DNA from: Tubiluchus corallicola
Taxonomy: Eukaryota; Animalia; Priapulida
Direction: 5' to 3'
Length of the DNA: 64,000 nucleotides
Assembly: GCA_030141605.1 (NCBI GenBank)
Contig: JAQGDQ010000163.1
Coordinates: forward strand, 1-64,000
In this document: in pieces, positions 1 through 12,293 of the stretch
Numbering within the stretch: the first letter of the stretch is position 1
Layout of the letters: every line of letters starts with the position of its first letter
Notes under the pieces: model-generated
What the model was told of the DNA's origin: nothing
Database searches by the model: none
Seen by the model: only the letters and a program-made list of their open reading frames with translations
Position numbers and translations under genes: made by a program

Positions 1-1925
1 TGTTAAATAAGCGTAACACTCTATTCACCGAACTTATATTCATGGGTTTAGCAGTTGGATGTTTGTTTGTCTTTACAAATGGGATATTGCATACAAAAAC
101 ATTACAGGGGTTAAACTTATTTTTTACACTTACAATGCATTGTTCCATTTGTCTTGTTAGTGACTTGAGTATTTCATCTAGGTGAGTGTTCTGGTCGTTT
201 TCTCGATTCTGTTGAATATGTTGTCTTACGTCATTGATTCCACACGTTATGATAACGTTTTCCAATTTCTTCTCAGGGTATCGGTCTCGTACGAAGGCTG
301 TCATTTCATTCAGCTTTATCCCTCTGTAAGAATGCACCTGTAGATTTTTAGCTATTTCTTGAGGATTCAAGTAAGCGGTTCGGGAATCACCCAAGATTAA
401 TGTATCAGTTGATGTATTAATTTTTTTGCACGTTCGCGGCTTTGGTTTCTCCGCATTGTCGGTTATGGTGTTTTGCGGACAAGATGTAGTCAGTTTCGTG
501 TCACTAAGCTCACACCCTGTTACGTTATTCTTTGATGTGGAGGCAACTGTAACTGTGTTTACGCTACTTGGTTCTTGATTATACACGTTCTTTGCATTCA
601 TTGTCACATTCATTGTTTCCGAAGCTGGTCTGTCTGCTTTTTCTTTTGTCTGTTATGAAAAGCTGTAACCGTCTTTAATTGCTTTACTCATTCTTGCTTC
701 TGTTTCATATAATATCAAAAGCTCATCTCCGCACGTTTGTTGTGTCATAAGGCTATACAACTTTTCTATTTTTCTACTCAGTCGTTCTTCAGTCTCATTT
801 ATTTTTTGCCAAACACTTTGCGGCGATTCGTTTTGTAGATAGTAGCTCAGTTTGTCGATTTTTCCATGTAGTAGTCTTAGGTCAAGCTCACTTGATGTTT
901 GAGTCTCACTTTGTTGTGTTTCTATGAGGTTATGCAGTCTGGTAATTTCCTTATTCAGTGTTGTTTGTTTTGCGTAAGAAGCTCTAAGCTGTGCTTCCAG
1001 GCTTGTGATTTGACGTTGACTTTGTCTATTTATAAATTGGAGTGTTAATAAGCGTTGTCCCAACTTTAGATTTTCACAGTCTCCGATGCAGACTGTTTTT
1101 GGAAAAATACCGTCGTGTTCGGACAAATCATCAAGGCTGTTGGAAATGAGAAGCGTTGTTTGTTTTCCATCAACTAAGTTATTCACATGCGAGTTGGCTT
1201 TCACAAACTCACTTTCTGTGTTAGAATGTAGTGGCTGCGGATTAATACATGTTAATAGAAACAACTTTTCTGTTTCTGGCGGAGTGTCATATTCGGATTC
1301 TGACTCGTTATCTGATGTCTCGGGACATCACAAACATCAGCGCTGGTTGGTTTTTAGGAGAGTTTTTATGGTCTTGATCACCACTAGTGTTTGGGAATTC
1401 ATAATCAACGATTATGCTGTGGTTGACCAAATCTGCTTCGTGATTTGACGATTTTTGATTTGTTTCCTGTACAGTCTGTTTAATGAGTGTATTGCCGTAC
1501 TGTTTATTGTAGCACTTCACAGGCTCGAAGCTTTAATGACTGTTGTATGGTTTTGCATTTTTGGCAACTTTTCCTGGTCTTTGTCTGGGGTTTAGAGAGA
1601 GGTGCTGGGCTGGTTAGCTCATCAACGTCTTCTGACATATCCATTGTCCTAACCAATGATGCGTCGGTGTGTATACAGTTAACAGGTAACGATGTTGTCG
1701 TACTAGTTCCAGTCGACTAGATTACACACCAATCCTTTGCTATTTTTTGAATAGTTTTCCGTTAATAATTCAAAAACTACTTGAATTTTTACCAAAATAT
1801 TTACATATTCAGGTACTGCATAAGTTTATGCACATGTATATATAATTTTCTATTACTAGTTTAAGCAAAAAACTTAGTAAACACAGTAAAAATCAGAGCA
1901 ACAAAATTACGTCCTAACTGCATGC
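1..1925 (-). mobile_element. Decayed non-LTR retrotransposon (CR1/L2-type LINE), 5' end and ORF1 with coiled coil and SGNH/GDSL esterase domain; runs off the window start
   Basis: The frame of ORF 653..1264 (coiled-coil-like) continues past a single TAA (653-655) and stays open to base 1, giving TDTLILGDSRTAYL (GDS block I) and VIITCGINDV (GxND block III). A CxxC (SCQKCK, about 1555-1570) and further stops/frameshifts lie upstream. Esterase-bearing ORF1 is established for CR1/L2/RTEX LINEs. The 5' boundary near 1925 is approximate. Confidence 0.7.
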
Positions 1926-3024
1926 AAGCACGTAAGCACCCCTGTCATTAATTTCATTAATTTTTTTTTGCAAAATACCACATATGTTATCAGATACCTG
2001 ATGTAAAGTACATTATAATTTAGTACTTATTCAGAAACATTACTACCGTGCCACAGTTATTTTTCACGGGCATGATTATGGCCATTAACTGTGTTATAGC
2101 AAATGGGTGATTTTCTTGGCCTTAAAACAGTGTACACTTTTTTTGCATTTTAGCAACTATCAGTAACTTTATGTATTAGTGTTATTTGCTATAACACAGC
2201 ATTATTCTCCTGCATGCCTAATTTTTATTAGTTACTATCGTGATCTTTTGACAATGTCACTGTTTAGTATTTAGTAAATCTTTGCCCACTTAACCACCTG
2301 CTGTCTTTCTGACAAGAACATGAAAATGCTATTCAGACTGGTGTGGCATGACTCAATGGTGCAATGCAAATTAACTGACACCAGCAGTAATGATACTCGC
2401 ATGTGCCAGGCACCCTTTTGAATCAAAGAACAGAAAATAAACAGCGGCGCTGTCCTCTGTTGACCAAAAAGTTAATATAGAAGCCACAAACTGCATATAG
2501 CCAAAGACATGGGCAAAGCTTACAGAAAAGATTGCTGTTATTACTGAATGTGTGCTGCAGTTTGCTGTGCAACTTTGGTTTTCTGAATTATAGCACACAA
2601 AACAAAATTATTTTTGAAATTACGTGATGAAGATGGCATTGATGAAAACGGTGGTACTTGTGTGGGTGGTGACCGACAGTAGCGGAGGCGGGAGTGGAAA
2701 TTATAGGGGGTCACAAACAACTATAGTGATGGCTGTGATAGTTGTGACAGTACAACTGATGTGATGTAGCAAAAGTTGCAGTAATCTGTATTCTGTAGTA
2801 CATAGTACATAGTATCTGTTTTTTACGTTCATTTCAGTACATAAAAAGTACCATAGAGTAATAAATAAGGCTTAGTTAAAAGTCAATGCTGTCATTGTTA
2901 GTATCAGTACAGTACAATCTGTAACAGTATTCTTCCTTTTCCCAAAATATTCTCGTGAGCAGCTACAATACAAATTTCACACATCAGTGAAGAGGCTAAT
3001 TACACTTTTTCTCCTCTTCTTCAG

Positions 3025-3138
3025 ATTTTAATGAATGCGAGTCCCTGCCTTGCTTAAATGATGCACACTGTATTGATGGTTTAGCCAACTATGAATGTAC
3101 TTGTACAGAAGGTTTTTCTGGAACGCACTGCGACATAG
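3025..3138 (+). CDS. EGF-repeat/WAP transmembrane protein, internal exon (one calcium-binding-type EGF)
   Basis: Polypyrimidine tract + cag|, 114-nt phase 1-1 exon encoding DFNECESLPCLNDAHCIDGLANYECTCTEGFSGTHCDI, then |gtattc. Upstream exons are not identified in the window. Confidence 0.9.
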
Positions 3139-3311
3139 GTATTCATAGACCTACATTTTAATATATTGTAATAGAAATTACAATAAGTTAAAAGATTTGT
3201 CAACTACAGTATATCAAATTTCACAGTTTACTGGATTAAATTAATAAGTACAATATCGCAAATTTCCAGGAATGGATCATCGTTGATTACACATTTGCTT
3301 TTACTTTGTAG

Positions 3312-4258
3312 AAGTTGATGAATGCTGGAGTTCACCCTGTCAAAACAATGGTACTTGCGTCAACCATATAAATTACTACAGCTGTAATTGTACCGCGGGT
3401 TTCATGGGAGTCAATTGCGAGTGGGAACACACCTGCAGCTCTGCTCCCTGTAAGAACAGGGGTACTTGTGCAGAAGACGGAATGAGTTATTTTTGCACAT
3501 GTCCACCTGCTTACAAAGGGGCGAATTGTGAACTGGACCATTTTTGTAACAGTTATCCATGTAAAAATAACGGCACTTGTCAAGAAATGGAAACTGGTTA
3601 TTTCTGCACATGTGAACCAGGTTTTAAAGGTAATAACTGTGAATTTGAACATTTTTGTAACTCTGCACCCTGTGAGAATGGTGGGACATGTGAGGAGAGT
3701 AAGACACATTATTTTTGTGTCTGCCCTTCTGACTATATAGGACTGAATTGCGAACTTGAACGCTTTTGTAACTCCAAACCGTGTCAGAATGGTGGAACAT
3801 GTGAGGAAGGCCCAACTGATTATTTTTGCTTCTGTGCTAAGGGCTATAGAGGAACAAATTGTGAACTTGAACATTTTTGTAACTCTGCCCCATGCCAGAA
3901 TGGGGGCATTTGTGAAGAAAGCATGGTTGCTTATGTTTGCTCATGTGCACCTGGTTTTCGAGGAACTAATTGTGAACTGACCTCTATCAGTGCCAGGCGC
4001 ATGCGCGTCGACATTTGCAGAAGTGCCCCGTGTGAAAACAATGGCACCTGTGTGAGCCGCGGAAATCGCTACGACTGCAAGTGCTCTACGGGATTTTCAG
4101 GAATTAATTGCGAAGTGGAACATCCTTGTAATTCTGCTCCATGTAGGAATGGTGGGACATGTGAAGATGACAAAGAAACTGGTTATTTTTGTGTATGTGC
4201 ATCGGAATACAATGGAACCAACTGTGAAATGCTAACTGCCACGTCAGAGAGTAACAAG
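3312..4258 (+). CDS. EGF-repeat/WAP transmembrane protein, large exon with 8 EGF repeats
   Basis: Acceptor tttgtag| at 3311 (phase 1), in frame with ORF 3404..4291; eight 6-Cys EGF repeats. Donor AAG|gttata after 4258 is phase 0 and matches the next exon. Confidence 0.88.
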
Positions 4259-5324
4259 GTTATAGTTGACATGTTTACATACAGTAATTAAACATAAGTA
4301 AGGCATGGGGCTTTTGAAAGAGACAAACAAGATTAGGCCCTGAATTATACGTCAAAATTACAAAGCTCACATAATTCATTATGACCGGCAAGCCATTCGA
4401 TAAATATTCTTGTATTTTGAACCCCTTTGGCAAACATCGGCCTAGCCATGCAGCCAAATTCTTACATCATTGATTCTACGTGCTCTCTTGGTGGACAGGC
4501 CATTTGGGCGCAAGACATTTGGCACCACTGTCGATGCACATTGCCCTGCAAGAACACTGTGATGTTATTCGCTGCGTATAGTAAGCTGAAATTGTGGAAA
4601 TTCTTGTTCACTGTAATATTACCGCGTGACTTTTAAAACGTTTAAAGCTTTTGTAAGAAAACAGTTATTTTTCTGCATACAATCGTGTGATTAAAACTGG
4701 AGCCAGTTATAACCCACTTAGCATGTATGAAAGCACTGCTGCGTTGCTGAGCACATATCTTGCATGTATCATGCATTTCGCGGTTGTTAAAATTCTGATA
4801 TTGATAACCATACATTAAGTATTTGGTGCATCAATTGATTTCGAGTTGGTAGTTAGCATAAACAACGCATTACATGTTAATTTCTTCTAAAGCACATCAA
4901 GGTACCTTCAATGAATACAGTATCATTTGTGATAATATACTATTAGTTGAATTGCTGCAGAAAGGCTAAACTTTGTTTTGTCAAGATCTCTTGCTACGCA
5001 CAGTTTTGTGTAATCTACTGTTTTTGTGATGCATTAGGTTTTTTACGCTAAACTGTTGCTGTAATATTGATAAAATGCTAATCTAAACTTGCAGTAACTA
5101 CTCCTGCTTCGTTCTTTGCATAAACAACAAAAGAAATAGTTAATAGTTATAACACATGTTACTATATATATTAAATTTAGTAAACTAAACTTAAAAAAAC
5201 ATTATATCTTTATTCATACACTGAGTTTAGAGATAATACATACTGAGAGTTAGAAAGATGGTAAATCATAAAAAAATTAATAAACAGTGATTTAAAAAAA
5301 TGGGGAAACATTAAATTTTACTGA

Positions 5325-5397
5325 TGCCCAAATGTTTCGTTCCCAAGTGTCCCCGAGCCCAAATGTCTCGTGCTCAAATGTCCCGTGCCCAAATGTC
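5325..5397. repeat. Degenerate 15-bp minisatellite (consensus about GTGCCCAAATGTCYC, about 5 copies)
   Basis: tgcccaaatgtttc / gttcccaagtgtccc / cgagcccaaatgtct / cgtgctcaaatgtcc / cgtgcccaaatgtc seen directly. Confidence 0.75.
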
Positions 5398-5889
5398 ATG
5401 TACACTCTAAGTGAGGATTTATTAGTCGCTTTCTTCCAGCAGCCTGAAAAGTAGTTAGTTACCATTTCCTTGAAAGAGCATCAAATGCTACACCTAATAT
5501 GCAAAATGTAGTTTCTAATATCTTCACCATGTTAAGTAAATTTAACAGGGGCAACTTGGTCCAAAGAAGTTCTAAAAATTAGTGCATTATTATTTGAATC
5601 TGCAATGGTAAGCCAACGATGTAATTCTCTTATGCTCCCCGTTGCAAATACTAACTGAAGCCAGTATAGCTTGACTTTAGCTGAACTACTAGCCTGCACT
5701 GTAATTCTAGAGTTGAGTTATGTATATTATCTTCCTATATAATATTTTGTTCCATGATACATACATGCTATCACTTCAGAGTAAAATAATGGAATCACTG
5801 TGTGATAACTGCATTGTACAAGAAAACTAACTGCTTTACGAACAACTGTATGGCTATAATCGTGTCAATTTATACTTTGTTGTTCTTAG

Positions 5890-6540
5890 ATTAGTTGTGT
5901 CTCAGATCCCTGCCTTAACAACGGCACGTGTGTGGACGATGGACAAGCCTACAAGTGTACCTGTCTGGCTGAATACACCGGTTTCAACTGCGAAACTGCC
6001 ACTGATCTTTGTGCAGGTAACTTTTGCCAAAATGGTGCAACTTGTACAGCAAACAAACATTCGTATACTTGTCTTTGTTTGGCAGGTTATACGGGAAAAA
6101 CTTGTGAGACGGCAGACCAGTGCAAATCGAACCCATGTCAGAATGATGGCACTTGTGTACATGTAAACGGTTCCTATACGTGCAAGTGTGCACCTGGATA
6201 CAGTGGTTCGAACTGTGAGGACAAAGACGGCAGCTGTACTGCTCATCTGCCAAGTTTGTTCAACATGAAGCCCGTCTCCACCCAATCTTGTCACGACGAC
6301 TTTGATTGCCCTAAAGAGGAGAAGTGTTGCGAGTATTCCGAACATGGTTTCATCTGCTCTCCTCCTCAAAAACGATACCAGTGGAAATTTCTTGTTGGAG
6401 GTGACAAATATAATATGCTTTATGTGGTGGCTGGCGTACTCGCAACTGTCTTTATCGTACCTATCGTTGTTTGTTGCATTGTGTTTAGACGAATGTACAA
6501 AAAGTCTGCAGTAGCGCCTACTCCTGAATCACCAATATAA
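5890..6540 (+). CDS. EGF-repeat/WAP transmembrane protein, last exon (3 EGF, WAP-like domain, TM helix, short cytoplasmic tail)
   Basis: Acceptor ttcttag| at 5889, phase 0, in frame with ORF 5932..6540. Encodes KDGSC...[15 protein letters not shown]...FICSPP (WAP-like), hydrophobic [23 protein letters not shown], the basic stop-transfer RRMYKK, and TAA. Confidence 0.9.
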   Translation: MSCVSDPCLNNGTCVDDGQAYKCTCLAEYTGFNCETATDLCAGNFCQNGATCTANKHSYTCLCLAGYTGKTCETADQCKSNPCQNDGTCVHVNGSYTCKCAPGYSGSNCEDKDGSCTAHLPSLFNMKPVSTQSCHDDFDCPKEEKCCEYSEHGFICSPPQKRYQWKFLVGGDKYNMLYVVAGVLATVFIVPIVVCCIVFRRMYKKSAVAPTPESPI

Positions 6541-6925
6541 GCAGGTGATAACATTAATATATGTTATATGCATTATTGATGAGCCATCTAATGTAAGATT
6601 TGTTATAATAACAGAGAGCATGCAAAAGGGTTTTAAAGCTGGTAAATCAAATGTAATTCTCAGTTATTACATGAGCAGCTATGATGAACTTAATATAATC
6701 AGGTTTTATGAAAATTGTACTAACTTATTTATTATTTATTAACTTAAAAAGTAAGAATTAAAGTATAGTAATATGAATACTGTAAATACTTTGTTTATTT
6801 TTAAAGTATAATAATTTTCATACTGTAAATAGTTAAAGTTTATTTACGTATAAGAATACTGTATAGTATTGTGATTATAATAACGTATCAGTATTATTAT
6901 GATGTGCTATGTACTAAATTTTACC

Positions 6926-6931
6926 AATAAA
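6926..6931 (+). terminator. Putative polyadenylation signal of the EGF/WAP gene
   Basis: AATAAA about 390 nt after the stop codon, followed by a GT/T-rich tract. Confidence 0.5.
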
Positions 6932-7814
6932 ACAGTGATGCTGTGGATTTTGTTTCTTTTAATAGATTTCTGATGATATATTAGTCCTGTACGTATGTGT
7001 GTTGGCTTTTTTTAATTTTACCAAAAATTTCCATTTGTGAAAAACATGATAAACATTAACCTGCATGATTCTAACAGACATGCCTAAGTAACATATTCAA
7101 CTTTAGTAAACTTAGTACATAGGTTAACTTGCATGATGACAGTGAGAGATCTAGAGCATAGCAACAACAGAGTAAAAGTTCATATAACTGTTATCAACTG
7201 CCTTATAGTTTGCTCTGTAAAAGGCACAAACTCAAAATTCTGGTAGAATACCACACAAAGTTTCAAATAATCATTAAATATAAGTATACTGTCCATATAT
7301 CTAAAACAAGCAAGCCTAAGTAAGATGGAATAGACGCTGCCCAAAAGCTATAAGTATTAAAAGCATATATCTAAGAATAAAAATTATTTCTAGATCAAGT
7401 GCCCCAGCATAACAATGTCACTGTGAATCATAATCTACACACTAATGATGAATTACTACTACCAGCAGTATCTAATGCATTTTCGTTTTACATTAGTGCA
7501 CTTCGTTTTTCTGCAAGATCATCATGAAAACATAACTGCATGCTGGAGGCTGAAATGCTGGTGACAAATCAGTGTATAATACTTATGAAGGAGGCAGTAT
7601 TAAAGGAAAGATAGTGGATCACTTTCACTGCTAAGAGGACTTATCTGCAATACTTCACAGCACCTAGGTAGACCCTCATTGCAACAAAATAGCACAATCT
7701 ATAACAACTTCTTATAGAAAGAGACATCTGCACCCTTTGTAAGTTCATAACAGTCTTTGCAGAGGTTGAAGAACAAAAACAGCTGTAAAAACTACAGTCT
7801 AACTTTAGTGAGAG

Positions 7815-9965
7815 ATGAAGAAATTAATTCTCTGTTTCCTCTTGGTGATGACTGCATTCAGGTTAGTAAATGTTTTGTATGTAGCTAGATCTGTTTGTCA
7901 AAACATACAAGGAAAGACACTGTAAGTGGAATACAACAAATATGTTTGCTGCTTCTAAAGTAGTCTATGTATTACTTTTGATCAGGATAGATTAGATCAT
8001 TAGAAAATGTTCAAGGAAAAACCGTTTTCATCTCCAATTGCTGTCCGTGGCACTCTTGCGAACTCCGGGAAGAATCCCACAATTCTCCTAAACCCATGCG
8101 GTTTACTGTTAAATAGAATAATGTGCAATCCAATAATATAAACTTATATATTTTGAAAACCTACCTCTGTGATTCCCTGTCTTAAATTTATCCTGACACT
8201 GCGTTGAAAGTGGGGAGAGCAAAAATGAGAGTACATGTATATTTACTGTAAAGTCTGGTCAGTAGAACAATTTGCATCTTTTGTTTGCATGTCCTCATAG
8301 AAAGTTGAACCCAAAAATAATAATTTTCTTAGCATTCAGGTTGCTGCAGGCCGTGTAGATTGTCGTTGTAAGATCCCCCGAGGAATACCAGACAAAAATG
8401 CTGAAGGCGGATACAGAGTCGAATATTTGGACGTCTGTACCCATCAAGACTACAAATGGGGCAAGACGGCACAAGAATGTTGGGGTCGACCACTTGCAAG
8501 AGATGTGTGTGACTGCTGTGACGTGTGCGGCATAGTAAGTACATTCTATTGTTATTTTATTCTAGGCAGAACATTACTCAATATATTGCTAAAAAAGAAG
8601 TGTTGGAATGCCGGATTCCCTCGATTCCCTAATGGGCTCCCCCAATGGGAGTAATTGAAGTAAGCCTCTACAGGCGGAGTTTGGGGAATTGTAAATCCAC
8701 AGAAGAAATTTTTATATTCTCTCAATTTGATAAAACTTTTGAGGGCATACGTTATTACTGTATCTGTGTTTAGAAATATGACGTATATTAGAGCACAATA
8801 TATGGTCCCTCATTTTTGTTATAAAGTAATAAGCCTTTTCACAGTTCCAGCGATTGACGATGATCGTGAAAAGGTCAAAGGTTAAATGTACCAGACAACA
8901 GATTTGTGTACACTTGACAACGCCTCCCAGCTTAAGCTTCCAAGCAAGATCTTGCTAGTAAATAACTCTACGCACAGACTAATGCATAATTAAGCAAAGT
9001 CCACGTAAAACAACTGAGGTTACTGAACTATAGCAGCAGATGGCTTGCTTTGCACGCACGCATCATGTGATGGTTGTTGTAAAGCTGTGGCGCACTTAAC
9101 CTTTGACCTACAGCAACTGCACATGCGCACAACGAAACTTTGCGCAAGTTTAAACTTAAAATTTACTTGAAATTGCGAGGGAATGCAATTCTCCCTCCCA
9201 AACAAAGAAACCCCCTATTCCCATTTACCCCCACAACACTACACCATTGATAACACGACATGAAAGAAAAGCATCACTAAGTTATATGTAGATATGGTAA
9301 TTTAACAAAACTCAAAGACCGCGCATATTTTCATTCTGCATTCAGGCTTTTATGCAATGTCTGACTGTAATAAGCAAAATTACTTAAATGCGTAGAATAA
9401 AATTTGCAGTTATGTAAAATAAAACAACCGGATCCAGTGGTTGGTTCATTTTGATCAGGCAAATTACAGAAAGAAATAATTGATACACACGTCCCACACG
9501 TGTGTAAATGGATTATGGCAAGACGCATTGCTATTTAAACAGAGTAAGGAGGATACCGCAGATTATGATATATGCTTTACGGAAGACAGAAGACGCCTTG
9601 AGGATTATGGATTGGTCCTTGCAGCTTTCTCTGTGTGACACGGGCCTTATATGTACAGGCACTTGTTTTCGTCCTCTATATTCAGAAACAAAGGAAAATT
9701 CATTTACCTTTAAATTTGATGTATAATAGTCACTAAGTCACAGTTAACCAAGTGTGATTTAAGCGCATTTGCTATTAGAACACTACAATATCACGTAAAC
9801 ATGAATGAGCACCGTAATTGATTACTTTGAAAATAAAACGTTTGCTCTTCAACATTCCAGATTAAAGGAGACTACTGCTCTCCCTGGCCTCAAGCAGGAC
9901 AACCTGTTGGCTGCACCGATGGTTCGAAATGCAAGGAACTCGAAGGACACTACATTTGCGTGTAG
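7815..9965 (+). CDS. Secreted Cys-rich single IGFBP-like-domain protein, paralogue A (117 aa; exons 7815-7861, 8333-8534, 9861-9965)
   Basis: GT-AG introns of phase 2 and 0 give MKKLILCFLLVMTAFSIQVAAGRVDCRCKIPRGIPDKNAEGGYRVEYLDVCTHQDYKWGKTAQECWGRPLARDVCDCCDVCGIIKGDYCSPWPQAGQPVGCTDGSKCKELEGHYICV*. Signal peptide, 12 mature Cys and a CDCCDVC motif resembling IGFBP CGCCxxC. The exon structure is mirrored by paralogue B. Confidence 0.88.
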
Positions 9966-11836
9966 AGCGCCACAGATTTAAAAAAACAACTAACGTACCA
10001 CATACGTTAAATATATGAATCATTTAACAAAAATCAAATGATGTACTTTTCCAACGTTCTGCCTTTAGTGTTTTCCTTGAGAGTTTTTAAACGACTCAGC
10101 TATCTTAAACCACAATATAAATCAACTTTGTTTTAAGGCGTTTTTGGGGTAACAGGTCAAATGACCAGGGCTCTTCAGTCTCTGTGCCTGCAGCTTAACA
10201 GAGCTGGAGTTTACTGGGCACAGACCTCACCAGAGCCATAACTCACTAAGCTGGAGCGTCATGTAATGATCCTATAAAACTATAATGCGCTATATAACGT
10301 GCTATATTTTAAGCACAAGAAAACCCTTACTTACATAAGGCTAAAAAATCGTCTTGAAATTTTGTGTAACCTGCATAACTGCCTTATTGCGCACAGAACT
10401 TGTATTAGCAGTAACGCTGTATAACACTTGAAAATTTAAACTCCTTGCCAGGGTTATAAGGCACAGCCGCCATTTTGTCGGTAGGTCGTTTGAAACAGGT
10501 TTAAATAACATTGTGTAAAGTTTGAAAAAATAATCAGAACATATGTAGCACAGAACACACTTCACTAACTAAGCAAAAGTATAAATTACTTTATCTTGTT
10601 AACAAGATCAAAAATACATTTTTCGGTGACTCATTGGCGCACACTGGGAAGGTGAACATTTTACTGGTTGGCACTACATTGCTAACAATATTATTTCTAA
10701 TTACAGTAGTCTTTCAAGCAGGTAAACATAATGCTAAGTAGTATACCTTTGCGTGGAAAGCTTTTTCTGGCATACTTTAAAATTGCCCTTTCTTTCTTTT
10801 TTCCTTTTACATCATAATTCAATTTCATCAGTATAGCACATTTCTCGCCACAACCAGTCTGTTTCCCGATTCTAGCACGGAAAGAATTACAAACTTCCAC
10901 TAGCCTGTGGCCGAGTATCACCTAATTAAACTAATTAAAAGTTTAAGTGTCATAAACAAATTAGCAGAGAGTGAAGCTCTGCCCTGTAAGCATTTTCTAC
11001 ATGTTAGTAATTAACGGCCCTAACTCTAATAAAGCTCTAACTCAGACTTACTCTCAGAAGCTGCAATTTGGTCAAATGCCTTGTAATATGTCTTTGATTA
11101 TTGCTGAGCAATAATCATTGACCTGGCCTTGTATACCTTATTTTGGAAATCACATAAGCTAAATCACTAATTTTCAGGTGAACAAAAAAGAATGTGCAAG
11201 GTGCATATTGAACATTTTACTTTTATACATTGTACACACAGTTGTACAGAATTCAAGTTTTGAAGTGCGCAGTTCAAATAAAATTTTTTAAGAAAGACTA
11301 AAAAACACAATAATAAGATGTGGCTTAATTATTCTAAAACTAGCAGAGTGAGAGATTTTGAGTGTGAAAACACTTAAAACGATTCTAGTGATACCTGAGA
11401 TAGGTGACTAGTAAGTAATCCCACTGACTGCCTAAATGATTGGCTAAACAACCCAGGTGACAGATGGACTGACCGAATGGTTCCAAAAAACTCTATGACT
11501 TATTTGTTTTTCTATGTATTTATTGTAAACATAATAGTTTCTCTTCGAACATGTAACATAAATCTCTGTAACAAATGAAAACCAATGTCTAATAAAAGTG
11601 ACCAGTAATAGCCATAGAAACTTTACCCAGAATAAACTGAAGAAACTTTTGACATGAAAGATTACATGTCATTAGCAAGCCAAGGTTAGCAAGATCAACA
11701 GGTACAAACTAAAGTGAAAGTTAATGACGTAATGTGACAAGGTCAGGCAAGAAACTTACAAATGACAGGATTATCAGAGTGCTGCAAGGAGTGTGAATGA
11801 CCATTGACCAGTGGGTCAATGTCGGAAGTCTTTGCA

Positions 11837-11918
11837 TATAAAAACACAGAGACTGTTATGATATTTTCACTGACCAAAGCTGTTTGACTCCAGTTACATC
11901 TCTTTGTTTTGGATACAG
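11837..11918 (+). promoter_or_regulatory. TATA box, Inr and non-coding first exon of paralogue B
   Basis: TATAAAA at 11837-11843, Inr-like TCACT with A at 11869 (32 nt downstream of the TATA start), strong donor CAG|gtatgt after 11918, and acceptor aatag| at 12230 ahead of the ATG. Confidence 0.6.
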
Positions 11919-12293
11919 GTATGTACTTAGGTAGGATTTTGTAACTAGCTTTAGATTGTTTTCTTTGTTAGGAAAAAATAAAATACAATTTTCAATCTAA
12001 TGCATAAAATATGCAAAAAATAGCATTAACCTACGTGAATATTGTTCAACACAAGCTATTACTTTACAGTTTAAGCCACAATTAGAAATTTGTTGATCCT
12101 TTTTTATCATAACTTGTGTGAATTTATTTTAACCTTCATTAATTTAACTTACTTTGATTACTAAAGTTTACAAAAAATACTAAAATCTTCAGGTGCTTCT
12201 ATCTGCTAATTTCCAGTTTTTTCGTAATAGGTAGAAAGAAGAAGATTGTGCATAGTTGTTTACCACAATAATCTGATCTAAGGATACCATAAA

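Noticed and set aside
653-655. Programmed stop-codon readthrough in LINE ORF1
   Set aside because: The stop is TAA, and further stops and frameshifts upstream indicate ordinary decay.
3332-6369. Minus-strand and alternative-frame ORFs over the EGF exons
   Set aside because: They are shadows of the repetitive EGF coding strand with no independent features.
3025-6540. Naming the EGF gene Notch, Delta/Jagged, Crumbs or fibropellin
   Set aside because: No LNR/ANK, DSL, laminin-G/ERLI or avidin domain is visible, so no symbol is assigned.
9864-9872. KGD integrin-binding motif in paralogue A
   Set aside because: It falls on the structural G-(D/E)-x-C position of the domain and is EGD in paralogue B.
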